From Candidatus Micrarchaeota archaeon (GTDB lineage Archaea > Iainarchaeota > Iainarchaeia > JAADDC01), in contig JALTXX010000011.1 of NCBI GenBank assembly GCA_027046625.1, forward strand, positions 1-18,424: DNA of 18,424 bases, given 5' to 3'. Each line of letters starts with the position of its first letter. Position 1 is the stretch's first letter. The notes under the pieces were generated by a model that was not told where the DNA came from, searched no databases, and was given only the letters and a program-made list of their open reading frames with translations. A program made the position numbers and the translations under genes. Below, in pieces: positions 1-8,994 of the stretch.

Positions 1-140
1 GGGTAGATGAGCATCCATTGGTGGATATATTAGGGTTGCATGGAAGGGATTATGGAAACATTAGGCAAGTTGTAAAGATGATCTTTCCAAGGGATAAAGA
101 GGAGCTAAAGAGGGTTCTTAAGAGGTTCTACCATAGCTGA
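1..140 (+). CDS. 3' end of a hypothetical protein (partial, runs off the window start)
   Basis: The frame starting at base 3 is open to TGA at 138-140 (VDEHPLVDILGLHGRDYGNIRQVVKMIFPRDKEELKRVLKRFYHS*). Its purine-rich codon usage matches neighbouring genes and it converges on the helicase stop at 166. Confidence 0.65.
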   Translation, partial: VDEHPLVDILGLHGRDYGNIRQVVKMIFPRDKEELKRVLKRFYHS

Positions 141-165
141 GCATAACTTCTATGTAGACAGATCC

Positions 166-1800
166 CTAACCCCATACCCTATAAACATGAGGAGATGAGT
201 AGTGGCGTAGAATATACTTCAACGTCCGTTCATCCACAAGGCAGCCCACCTTCAACACATAAACATATTCTACATCACCTTTCTTCTCCCTTATAACTAC
301 ACGTTCCAACAGAAATGGGGGTTTCTTTCTTTTATCCCTTGTTTTAAGCTCTATCTTTACATTTCCCCCTTCAAACAGCTCTGGGTATCGTTCTTCAAGG
401 AGGGGTAATACATCTGTTCTAAGATAGGATCTCCCCCTTTCTGTAAACACCACCACAATATCACCACTTTCACAAAGCATCCTGATATGCTTTTTTACAG
501 AGGCCATTGGCAGTCCTGCCAGCTTTGCTATCCATTCCTCTGGCATAGGCTCCTCCAACAACTTCAGTATCTTCCCCCTCCATCCAAGTCGCATATACTT
601 TTCTACCACTGCTTCCAACACCCCTATATCTACTCCTACCTGCTTGGCCGAGAATAGACTCTCCACAAAGAAATCCATATCTATTGTATCTGGTGTTACT
701 ATGAACGCAACCACCTTTGGTATCCTTCCTACCGGTCTTAGAACCCTTCCTCTTCGCTGTATAAATCTCAGAGGAGATGGGGTATTGCTCCATACTATTA
801 GGAGATCTGCAGTAGGCAGATCTACACCCTCCTCCCCTGCAGAGGTAGATACAACTATGCTGGCATTTTTTGCTTCTTCTAGCTCTTTCCTCTTCTCTTT
901 CAGCGATTTCCTTCCTGTTATAAGCGCTGCGTCTAGTTTATCTGCTATCCTTTTGGCTACTACTACCCTATCCACAAAGATAATAGCCTTTGAGTACTCA
1001 TGCTCCTCTAAAATACTCTTTAACGTGTTCCACTTGTGCAGATCCTCCAACGATAGAATATCATCCCCTAGGGAGGATAGAAGGCTTGCCAGCTTTGTCT
1101 TCCTCGATATACTCTCTTTCAAGGCAAGGGCGCCATCTCGTGAAAGATATGTCAGAGCTAACCTATACAACATCCTCTCCTTTCCATCACATCGAGTAAA
1201 CAATTCCTCTATCTTGTTGTATACCTCCCTCTCCTTTTCTCCCAAGGGGGATTCGTACACTTCCGCCACCCATTCTGCAATATAAGGCCTTATGAGAGGA
1301 TCATCATATGACCATTGTATGATGGGGCCTATAAGGGAAGTTATAGTCTTTTTGTGTCGGGATGGAATATGTGCTGATAGACCAAGCCTATACTCTGCCC
1401 TCAAACTTTCTAGCAATTTCTTTAACGGATCGTTACCTATTGCATGGTGGCATTCATCCACTATCACAACATCTGTATCTCCTAACCTCAAGGAAAGGGC
1501 GGATTCCGGAGTTGTTATGATCACCTGCCTTTGAAGGGAGGGCCGTTCCCTCATTAAGCCATGGTAAGCCTCCACACTTAAGGAGGAGTAAGCCTTGTAG
1601 AACTGATAGGTCTGCTCCACCAGCAATCTAGTAGGTTCTAATACAAGTATTTTTCTTCCTTCCTTTGCCAACCTTTCTGCATACATAATACCTATTAGTG
1701 TTTTTCCTGTACCAGTTGGAAGCACAAGTACTACTCTCTTTCTCTTTAGCGCTTCCTCTACTGCTATCTGCTGATACTTTCTTGGTATTAGCTTAGAGAT
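166..1800 (-). CDS. SF2 (Hef/ERCC4-related) DEAD/DEAH-box helicase with C-terminal winged-helix-like region and no nuclease domain
   Basis: Q motif PRKYQ, Walker A LPTGTGKT, motif Ia EPTRLLVEQ, DECHH, motif V STSAGEEGVDLP, motif VI QRRGRVLR. The C-terminus (KILKLL..EEWIAKLAGLPMASVKKHIRMLCESGDI) looks like a wHTH. The start is uncertain: the ORF track gives ATG 1911, but ATC 1800 follows a strong SD (see findings). Confidence 0.85.
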   Translation of the reverse strand: MSKLIPRKYQQIAVEEALKRKRVVLVLPTGTGKTLIGIMYAERLAKEGRKILVLEPTRLLVEQTYQFYKAYSSLSVEAYHGLMRERPSLQRQVIITTPESALSLRLGDTDVVIVDECHHAIGNDPLKKLLESLRAEYRLGLSAHIPSRHKKTITSLIGPIIQWSYDDPLIRPYIAEWVAEVYESPLGEKEREVYNKIEELFTRCDGKERMLYRLALTYLSRDGALALKESISRKTKLASLLSSLGDDILSLEDLHKWNTLKSILEEHEYSKAIIFVDRVVVAKRIADKLDAALITGRKSLKEKRKELEEAKNASIVVSTSAGEEGVDLPTADLLIVWSNTPSPLRFIQRRGRVLRPVGRIPKVVAFIVTPDTIDMDFFVESLFSAKQVGVDIGVLEAVVEKYMRLGWRGKILKLLEEPMPEEWIAKLAGLPMASVKKHIRMLCESGDIVVVFTERGRSYLRTDVLPLLEERYPELFEGGNVKIELKTRDKRKKPPFLLERVVIREKKGDVEYVYVLKVGCLVDERTLKYILRHYSSPHVYRVWG

Positions 1801-2653
1801 GTTCTGCCACCTCCCTTGCCACGTGGTAGTAGAAACGTATGGTGTCTCTGTACTTTGTTTCAGGCGGGCCGGTATATATAAGGTGTATGGGTGTGTTCTC
1901 GTATTCCACATACCTAGCTATATACTCTGCAATGGCCCGTGATATGACATCAAGAGAGGGGTATCCCATTCCAAGGGGCGTCCTCTTTTTCACGAAGAAC
2001 CTCCCCTTAAGATACAATCCGGTTACCTGGGAGAAGCGAAGAGATACATGGTTTGCAAAAAGATCCTCGTTCTTCCTTAGAAGATCTATCCAGAACCTTT
2101 CCGTTACTTCCCTGTCCTTCTCATGAAACTTTCCATCTTCATAAACCTTCATCTCCCTAATGAAGTCATTCTCCAGCTGGAAAGATATACCCACCCTCTC
2201 GCTGTTTACCGTCTCCACAATAGCCCTAATATCATCGGGGCTGCCTAGGAGTTTGGGCGTATAGGTTGTCTCCAATGTTACAAGGATCTTCTTTGTAGAC
2301 GATAAGATACTCTTTACCGCCTCTGCAGCATTGTGTACGGCTACTCCCCTATCTTCGCCTGCACTTCCAAGATGAATATTATATACCATGGCTCCAGCCC
2401 TCTCAGATCTTTGGGCTGCAAGCACATGAGCGTTTATGGAAGGTTCCTCCCCTTTGGTTATACCATAGTATGGCCCATGGGCTGTAATGGTGGAAAAATC
2501 CGATGCAATCCTTCCATATTCTTCAAAGTAATCTTCTCCTCTTCTTTTCATAAAATCTCCTGGAGGTATCTCTGTTAGCCTCAAACCAAGCAAAAACGCC
2601 TTTTTAACGGTTGACAAGCCGTTGTATGTACCCCACTCCAGTATGGCCTTCAT
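1793..2653 (-). CDS. Endonuclease IV / xylose isomerase-like TIM-barrel protein with apparently degenerate metal ligands
   Basis: TAHGPYY resembles Nfo xHAPYxIN; YNIHLG resembles xxHPG; TLETT..LLGSPDDI resembles LENxAG..GxxEEL. The later D-x-x-H position reads Q-L-E-N. Confidence 0.7.
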   Translation of the reverse strand: MKAILEWGTYNGLSTVKKAFLLGLRLTEIPPGDFMKRRGEDYFEEYGRIASDFSTITAHGPYYGITKGEEPSINAHVLAAQRSERAGAMVYNIHLGSAGEDRGVAVHNAAEAVKSILSSTKKILVTLETTYTPKLLGSPDDIRAIVETVNSERVGISFQLENDFIREMKVYEDGKFHEKDREVTERFWIDLLRKNEDLFANHVSLRFSQVTGLYLKGRFFVKKRTPLGMGYPSLDVISRAIAEYIARYVEYENTPIHLIYTGPPETKYRDTIRFYYHVAREVAEHL

Positions 2654-2673
2654 GTTATAACTTTTCTACGATG

Positions 2674-2681
2674 TTATTAAA
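2674..2681 (-). promoter_or_regulatory. TATA box for the leaderless TIM-barrel/helicase transcript
   Basis: TTTAATAA on the minus strand ends about 20 nt before ATG 2653, the usual archaeal leaderless spacing. Confidence 0.5.
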
Positions 2682-3989
2682 TTACACCCTGTCCTGCTCA
2701 TAATCCCTTTCCTTAAAAGCTCGCCATATTTCCCTTCCAAGGTATAGTGCGTGGCTAAAAAGGGTAAAACCTTCTCTCTTTCTCAACCACTCGTAGGCAT
2801 CCCCATAGCTGTCAAAGTACTGCTTTGAAAGGAGATCCCTATGATGCGCATTCCAGTGCTCCACCACTACTCTGTTTCCATCCCTGTAAATAACATAGTT
2901 TCCCTTTGGATCTTCCACAAAGACGTCCTCCACCTTTAAGTTTCTAACCTTGGCCCAATCGTGTTGATATACATGAGCAGATATGGAAAGAATGGTTAAT
3001 GTCCCTACCTCTACGCCCAATTTTTCTGATATGCTTTCCATTAGCTTATATTGTGCGTACACATTTATCGGCCACGCCGCATACATATCATGGCTTCGAA
3101 ATATAGCAGTATGGTGATAGTATCCCTCACTTACCAACCCCTCCACAAAAACTAGACAGGGAGGCTGTTCCTCCCCCCTATCACTATCTTTCCAGAGGCA
3201 TGCAACAGCCCTTCTGCTATCTGGATATTTAGAAAGGGTTTCCACCATATAGTCTACCTGATTCTCAAGCCTCTCACCATAGGTGTATGAAACACCTGGC
3301 GGTTTTTTGGATGATAGCACTTCCTTTACATGTTTTTCAAGGTTTTCTCTGCCCACCTCTTTCTCCAACTCCCTCTCCAACTCATACTTGTTGCCATAAA
3401 AGCCCAGTACAACCAACATATTCATAAATTCCTTTTGTAACTCTCCGTACTGAGATCCCTTTACAGTTCCAAACTCCATAACCACTCCTAACGCTCTCTT
3501 CCACGCTCTATATATGGAGGTATCATAAATCAAGTGCCCCGAAAGAGGAGGAATGTAAGAATTTACTCCCACCCGCTCCTCTACATCTATCCTTACGAAT
3601 GGTCTCACTGGCTCTCCTTCCCTGTAGTGCTCCTCGATAGTTCTCTCAAGGTCTTCAAAGGATCTTCCCCTCATGTCTATCAACTTCACTGTCTCTATTA
3701 TGGGTTTTGCGCGTGGTTCTATAATCTCCTTTTCTCCAAACACTCTAACCAATCCATTTCCTGAATCTGAAAGATCTGCCCCGAAGATAATAAGTGTATC
3801 TATGCGGGGGTGTTCACCCAGCGTTTTCAAAATATGTAGAATACCAGGAAATGTGTATGTGGTTCCTATGATACCAATCTTCCTCTTGATCTCCTCCTTT
3901 AGCCTGGAGAGAATTGCCTCCTTCCTTGTCCAGAGAGTGGATATGGCTATATTAGAGGCGGGATTTATAACCTGTATATCGTACCTCAC
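2682..3989 (-). CDS. thyA: Thymidylate synthase (ThyA family) fused to an N-terminal MtrA-like domain and a C-terminal DUF4346-like domain
   Basis: ThyA motifs YTYGERL, DSRRA, catalytic PPCL, FRSHDM..AWPIN and SAHVY. The N-terminus (AISTLWT..IIGT..GI..IL..HPRIDTLIIFG) resembles MtrA. The C-terminus (DPKGNYVIY..HALYLGREI..YEQD) resembles DUF4346. Confidence 0.85.
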   Translation of the reverse strand: MRYDIQVINPASNIAISTLWTRKEAILSRLKEEIKRKIGIIGTTYTFPGILHILKTLGEHPRIDTLIIFGADLSDSGNGLVRVFGEKEIIEPRAKPIIETVKLIDMRGRSFEDLERTIEEHYREGEPVRPFVRIDVEERVGVNSYIPPLSGHLIYDTSIYRAWKRALGVVMEFGTVKGSQYGELQKEFMNMLVVLGFYGNKYELERELEKEVGRENLEKHVKEVLSSKKPPGVSYTYGERLENQVDYMVETLSKYPDSRRAVACLWKDSDRGEEQPPCLVFVEGLVSEGYYHHTAIFRSHDMYAAWPINVYAQYKLMESISEKLGVEVGTLTILSISAHVYQHDWAKVRNLKVEDVFVEDPKGNYVIYRDGNRVVVEHWNAHHRDLLSKQYFDSYGDAYEWLRKREGFTLFSHALYLGREIWRAFKERDYEQDRV

Positions 3990-4010
3990 TAGAACTAGAT
4001 GGAGGAAGGT

Positions 4011-4018
4011 ATTTATAT
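4011..4018. promoter_or_regulatory. Central TATA box shared by divergent thyA and the surface-protein gene
   Basis: ATTTATAT lies about 22 nt from both starts (GTG 3989 minus, ATG 4040 plus), with purine-rich BRE-like GGAAGG upstream on the plus strand. Confidence 0.6.
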
Positions 4019-4039
4019 GGGTTAAAGGATTGTGTTAAT

Positions 4040-5908
4040 ATGAGATTTCAAGCATCTGTAGAGTTCCTTGTGCTAGGGCTTGGAGCATTGCTGCTCACCC
4101 TCAGCGTGGGGACCACTCTGGTGGATTCCTTACAGACACTGTCTGCGGAAGTGAAGGAAACACCTCAAGGAAAGAAAGTAGTATATCCTTCCGAGGTGTT
4201 AAAGAAGAATCCTTCCATTTCAAGGATGGAGGTAACTCCACTCTCTCCCTATGATGATGAACGTGTCACTTTTTTCTGCGAAGGCCCGGAGATGAGACGC
4301 GTTTCTCTCTACCTAAACAATTCTTTAATTAAGAGTTGTAACAGCTCTTCCTGCTCCGCTCAAAAAGATAACCTCACTCCTGGGGATTACACGTTTACAT
4401 GCAGAGTGTGGGATGAGAAGGGAAATAGCGAGGATGCATCCATCAGATTCTCCGTTACAAGAAGACCGGACACCGTTCCCCCTGTTATTACAGGGCTTAC
4501 CATTTCAGGCTACCAGAACAATGTAACCATTTCTTGCCACGCAACGGATGACAGGGGATTGAAGTATGTAGCCATCTTCTTGGATAACAGCAAAATAAAA
4601 GAATGTACCGGAGGAACGGTAGACAATCCAAAAACCGTAGTAGAATGTACCGTTAGCAAAACTCTCTCCAAAGGAAGTTATAATATTGAGTGTGAGGCTG
4701 TGGACATGGCCAACCAGATAAATCCTGACTATCCTCCAAACATTACTAGAAGAGGGCAGAGAATAACCATACCCTTCGAGCCCCCAAAGAAGTCAAACAC
4801 ACCCGAGGTGACTGCCACCAAGGGCAGTGTAACTCTTAGCTTGAGGATTACGCCCATTGAGGGAGCATACATTGATAAAGACGTTATTAGAATTGGATGT
4901 GCAGCCACCTCAGAGGATCCAGGTGAGAAGATACGGTACATGACCATAACTGACTACAGCTACAGAAAGGGGATAAACAGAGTGCTCCAAAGCTGGAGTG
5001 GAAGTAGTACCTCCCAGTACATATCATATGCGGGAACATTTACAGTTCCGTGGTACCATAAAATAAGATGTGTAGCACTCACTTCACGGGGTAATTACTT
5101 GGTGGCGGAACAGACTATTCATGTATATGGTAGGGAGCCAAAGATAACTCTAACGAGCAAAAGAAACGGGTCTTCACCAGGCTGGAGGGGCAGAGCCAAT
5201 GAAACTACCTTTAGCATAACATGCAAGGTGAATGATCCGGCAGGCATAAGACGTGCATATCTGAAGGTTGGGGGCAGAACTATAGACGAGATAAGAAACG
5301 ATGAGTGTGACTATGAAAAACTATCTCCCGAAGGCATTACCCAATGTCCCACAGAGAAAACATTTACCTATAGTGGAACATTTTCCTCCGACAGAAGGGT
5401 AGAGTGTGTAGCTATAGATGTATACGGCAAGAAAAGCATAGTCAGCAACACGGTAGATGTATGTACAGACACCTGTAGATATTACAGTATTGGGTATGAA
5501 AAATGTGCCAGTACTACAAGGATAAACAGATGTGAATGGGAATGGGGAGGCGTGAAACCCTCAGAGCCAGAACAGTTTAATTGCAAAGTATGGAGGCCTT
5601 TCAAGAGTTGTGATGCAGAAACTGCTAAAGTTCTGGATTCCTGCAGCGGTACCGCTAACGAATGTGTGAATATGAACTTTACAACATGGACATGCAAAAA
5701 GAGAGAATGTGTAAGATACAAAGAAACGCTATACGAGTACGAGGGCCAGAGATGTGTGGATAATGATGGAGACGCAGACTGTAAACCTTATACATATTAC
5801 AAAACAACGACTTGCTACTCCAAACACTTCTTGGGATCAGGATACTGTGAGAGAACAACGTACTATTATAGACCTTGGAATAAACCTTCTTGCAGCTACA
5901 GCTGTTAG
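4040..5908 (+). CDS. Surface protein with class III-like signal peptide, about 4 Ig-like repeats and a Cys-rich C-terminal region
   Basis: N-terminus MRF-QASVEF (E at +5) plus a hydrophobic helix. Four repeats follow the pattern xCxAxD..(G)xYxxxCxAxDxxG. The last ~150 aa contain 16 Cys. Confidence 0.8.
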   Translation: MRFQASVEFLVLGLGALLLTLSVGTTLVDSLQTLSAEVKETPQGKKVVYPSEVLKKNPSISRMEVTPLSPYDDERVTFFCEGPEMRRVSLYLNNSLIKSCNSSSCSAQKDNLTPGDYTFTCRVWDEKGNSEDASIRFSVTRRPDTVPPVITGLTISGYQNNVTISCHATDDRGLKYVAIFLDNSKIKECTGGTVDNPKTVVECTVSKTLSKGSYNIECEAVDMANQINPDYPPNITRRGQRITIPFEPPKKSNTPEVTATKGSVTLSLRITPIEGAYIDKDVIRIGCAATSEDPGEKIRYMTITDYSYRKGINRVLQSWSGSSTSQYISYAGTFTVPWYHKIRCVALTSRGNYLVAEQTIHVYGREPKITLTSKRNGSSPGWRGRANETTFSITCKVNDPAGIRRAYLKVGGRTIDEIRNDECDYEKLSPEGITQCPTEKTFTYSGTFSSDRRVECVAIDVYGKKSIVSNTVDVCTDTCRYYSIGYEKCASTTRINRCEWEWGGVKPSEPEQFNCKVWRPFKSCDAETAKVLDSCSGTANECVNMNFTTWTCKKRECVRYKETLYEYEGQRCVDNDGDADCKPYTYYKTTTCYSKHFLGSGYCERTTYYYRPWNKPSCSYSC

Positions 5909-5912
5909 CAAG

Positions 5913-5996
5913 CGCCGGGGAGGGGATTCGAACCCCTGCGGGGAGGACCCCCACCGGCTTAGCAGGCCGGCGCCTTAACCACTCGGCCACCCCGGC
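5913..5996 (-). tRNA. tRNA-Ser(GCT), no intron, CCA not encoded
   Basis: Acceptor GCCGGGG/CCCCGGC with discriminator G; D loop AGTGGTTAAG; anticodon arm CCGGC-CTGCTAA-GCCGG; long variable arm; T arm AGGGG-TTCGAAT-CCCCT; 84 nt. Confidence 0.97.
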
Positions 5997-6022
5997 ACGC
6001 TTCATATAGATGTGATATGGAC

Positions 6023-6030
6023 ATTAAAAA
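6023..6030. promoter_or_regulatory. Central TATA-like box between divergent tRNA-Ser and mre11
   Basis: ATTAAAAA / TTTTTAAT lies about 21 nt before GTG 6052 and about 26 nt before the tRNA 5' end. Confidence 0.5.
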
Positions 6031-6051
6031 CTATGCATCCTCCATCTTAGG

Positions 6052-7188
6052 GTGAGGGCACTTTTCCTCTCGGACACTCACATAGGATTTAGGGATAGAA
6101 ACTATCCAGAGAGAAAAGAGGATCCATTTTTAGGGTTGGAAAAAGCCTTAGAGATTGATAGCGATGTTATACTACATGGAGGGGATCTGTTTGATGTTCC
6201 AAAGCCCTTCTATGATGATATTGCCCGAACACTAGACATTATCAAGAAACACCAAAAGGGGGAGGAGATAGAGGTTACCATAGAATCCTTGGAGGGGGAA
6301 ACACTAAACTCTTTCAAAGAACGAAGGCCCTTCATTGCAGTACACGGAAATCATGACTGGAACCTTAGAGGAGGAAACGTATACCACGTTTTAGAGCGGG
6401 CTGGCATTGTATACGCCCACAGGAGAAAGGTTATCCTTGAGGGAGATGAAACATTAGAAGTTGTGGGTATGGGGTGGATACCTGATAGGTATGTAATAAA
6501 GGTGATGGAGGACTACAGAGGGATAGAAGGGGATCTCTTTCTATTTCATCAGCCTGTTGAGGGTTTATACCCAGAAATATATGGAGAAAAGGCTGTTCCA
6601 CCTTCCCTTTTTCCAAAGGGATTCAGATTCTACCTTGGAGGTCATCTGCACTGGATAGTAGATAGGATATTGGAAGGTAGAAGATTCCTTATACCTGGAA
6701 GTACCACCATTACCACCCTGAAGGCGGATGAAATAACCAAACCCAGAGTTGTATATCTGCTGGAGAAAAACAATGTAGACAGGGTTGAGCTAAAGGGTTT
6801 GAGAAGGGCCTATGTAGTAGAGGCTTCGGACTTTTCTATGGCTGTGGAAAAGATATCACAGATAAGGGATTCTGTACCTCCTGTTGTTAAGGTGGTGGGA
6901 AATGTAGAAGAGAAACAGCTTAGGGATTACTTCAGAGGGAGGGCCTTAATCTATGTCAAGCCTGTGGTAGGGGAGGAGATGAGAAGCTTCAAGGAGCACA
7001 TTTCAAGGATTAACATAGACGAGGAGGATGTGTTCAACATCTTTAAAGAAAAGATGGGAGATAGGTGGGAACCCTGGATGGAGGAATTTCTGAGAGGCGC
7101 CATGGAGGGAGAGGAGGAGGCCATGGAGGTTATTAGAAGTCTGAGGGAAAACAAGCCAAGAACAGTTACAGATTGGTTTTCTTCATAA
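6052..7188 (+). CDS. mre11: Mre11/SbcD-family DNA repair nuclease
   Basis: All five metallophosphoesterase motifs are present (SDTHIG, GGDLFD, HGNHD, FHQ, GHLH), followed by PGS, a capping-domain-like region, an acidic helical tail and terminal TVTDWF. Confidence 0.85.
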   Translation: MRALFLSDTHIGFRDRNYPERKEDPFLGLEKALEIDSDVILHGGDLFDVPKPFYDDIARTLDIIKKHQKGEEIEVTIESLEGETLNSFKERRPFIAVHGNHDWNLRGGNVYHVLERAGIVYAHRRKVILEGDETLEVVGMGWIPDRYVIKVMEDYRGIEGDLFLFHQPVEGLYPEIYGEKAVPPSLFPKGFRFYLGGHLHWIVDRILEGRRFLIPGSTTITTLKADEITKPRVVYLLEKNNVDRVELKGLRRAYVVEASDFSMAVEKISQIRDSVPPVVKVVGNVEEKQLRDYFRGRALIYVKPVVGEEMRSFKEHISRINIDEEDVFNIFKEKMGDRWEPWMEEFLRGAMEGEEEAMEVIRSLRENKPRTVTDWFSS

Positions 7189-7777
7189 AGTTGATAGCAT
7201 CATCGTACATACTTCTTGTATTAAAGAATAGGAAGCCCCTTTCTCCCCTTGTTCTTTCCCTTATAATATCAAGATTTGCCTGTCTACCATGCACGCGGAA
7301 ATACTGAATGGGTTGGTCTATTACCTCCCTCTGGGGATCCGTCACCCACACCCCAACATCAATGGGTTTCCAGCCTCTTAACTCAAGGGCAGCCCTTACA
7401 CCTAGGGTAGAAACATAGTCTTTTACCAGCTGTTCGTGCTTCGATGTTTGGACAAAGCTCTTTGGCGTCTGGATAAGGAGCCACTCGCTCCGTAAGGTTT
7501 TCATAATGCTTAGTATGTGCTCTGTTACATCGTCCACATTCTTGAAAAACCTCACATGGGTAACCTCCCTATTATGTTTTACTGTAAACTCAAAGGTTTC
7601 CGGAACATTTCTCCTCCACCGTTTCACAATGTTTAGATTAGGCAAGGAATAGAATGTGCTATTAACCTCCACCACAGGGAATAGTTCAGCATAGGCCTTT
7701 AGTTTATCTCCCTTTAACCCGTATTTCCAAGGTTTAAAATACCCCCATCCACAAGTACCTACCTTTAGCTCCTCCAC
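7166..7777 (-). CDS. DUF72 (YecE-like) family protein
   Basis: GTCGWGY, YAELFPVVEVNSTFY, FEFTVK, QTP, YFRVHGR and FFN match the family pattern. The GTG start overlaps the upstream gene by 13 nt. Confidence 0.88.
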   Translation of the reverse strand: MEELKVGTCGWGYFKPWKYGLKGDKLKAYAELFPVVEVNSTFYSLPNLNIVKRWRRNVPETFEFTVKHNREVTHVRFFKNVDDVTEHILSIMKTLRSEWLLIQTPKSFVQTSKHEQLVKDYVSTLGVRAALELRGWKPIDVGVWVTDPQREVIDQPIQYFRVHGRQANLDIIRERTRGERGFLFFNTRSMYDDAINFMKKTNL

Positions 7778-8994
7778 ACAGGTATAACCTCGTACACCTT
7801 TATGTTCCTAACTCTTATAGTGGCAGGACGCGGAAAGGTTGTGATACCTAGCTTGAAGTTTATATCTGCGTCCAATATATCTGGTCTTGCTAGGGAAGCG
7901 CAGAACAACGTTCCACTATTAGTTAGCGGACCACAGTTACCTATTAAACCAGATATCACAGCACCGCTGTAATATGTTATACCTGTACTAGGGTACGAAT
8001 CACCATTGAATTCCAAGAGGTAGAGTAGGTACATGGGGTTTGCTATGTTAGGGTCTTCTACAGGGATGCTATTTAAATACCCATTAGTATTTAGCTCTGC
8101 TACAATCCATCCATTGGATTCGTAGAGGTTTGCATCATAGGGAGTAAAATAAGAACTATTTGAATCAAAATCAATGATCAATCTCTTTATCTTCCAGAAA
8201 AACATCGGATATATCCTAAACTCATCAAAGGCGGCATATGCTGTATTTCCATCGGTGCTCCAGCCGGCATTTAGACATATCTGAACATCTGAGGCGGAGG
8301 GAAGCTGAAAGGATGAAGCTTCTAACAACCACCCATGAGCGGCTGGAGGTGCTACAGAATACTTATCCCTTATTTGTGAAATTTGTTTTGACCCCACTGG
8401 GTTTATTGGGATATGCGTCTCTATCATGTTTTCCTTCTTTATATAGGCAGCCATAATGTAATTTCCTTCCGGGAGATGAAACACTTTACATATCCAGCTC
8501 CAACCCACTGTTGTCTTGTTTGTCTCTATGCAGAAGGCATTTCCTTCCACCCCCTCACAGAGGTAGAAGGTGTAGCCTGCAGCGGGAGTATCCCATCCGT
8601 TGTTTCTGTCGAGGGTTTCCCTTATGATAGGAGTAGGACAGGTAGGTTTCACAACAGCGGTACCTCCCGAAGAAACAACCTTTACGCTGTCTATCTGCTC
8701 ACAAAAGAGAGGCGAGAGAAGATAGTAGGTACACCTCTCCCCATCGCACTCGCTATACACATTAAGGGGTTCTTTGTTGTTTATAAAGAAATGGGGATTT
8801 GATAGCTGGTTTGTGCGAAGGAGGATCCAGTTAGGAGGTATAAACCCGGACTGATAAACAATGATGGGTTTTATGGTGGTCCTTTCGAGATCGGCAGAGG
8901 TAGATTCCATGGATGACATCGTGACATTGTAGAGAAGTGTGGAGGATGCTACCACAATAGCCAAGAGAAGGAGTGTTCCCACGATGGAATTCAT
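7765..8994 (-). CDS. Pilin/archaellin-like N-terminus plus beta-sandwich (CBM-like) extracellular domains
   Basis: MNSIVGTLLLLAIVVAS matches the mature archaeal pilin N-terminal helix. The centre (HLPEGNYIMAAYIKKE..AYAAFDEFRIY) resembles galactose-binding-like/CBM jelly-roll modules; that fold call is tentative. Confidence 0.65.
   Translation of the reverse strand: MNSIVGTLLLLAIVVASSTLLYNVTMSSMESTSADLERTTIKPIIVYQSGFIPPNWILLRTNQLSNPHFFINNKEPLNVYSECDGERCTYYLLSPLFCEQIDSVKVVSSGGTAVVKPTCPTPIIRETLDRNNGWDTPAAGYTFYLCEGVEGNAFCIETNKTTVGWSWICKVFHLPEGNYIMAAYIKKENMIETHIPINPVGSKQISQIRDKYSVAPPAAHGWLLEASSFQLPSASDVQICLNAGWSTDGNTAYAAFDEFRIYPMFFWKIKRLIIDFDSNSSYFTPYDANLYESNGWIVAELNTNGYLNSIPVEDPNIANPMYLLYLLEFNGDSYPSTGITYYSGAVISGLIGNCGPLTNSGTLFCASLARPDILDADINFKLGITTFPRPATIRVRNIKVYEVIPVWRS

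Noticed and set aside
5679-6005. ORFs 5679..6005 and 5754..5978 (also 9063..9248)
   Set aside because: They are translations across the GC-rich tRNA genes.
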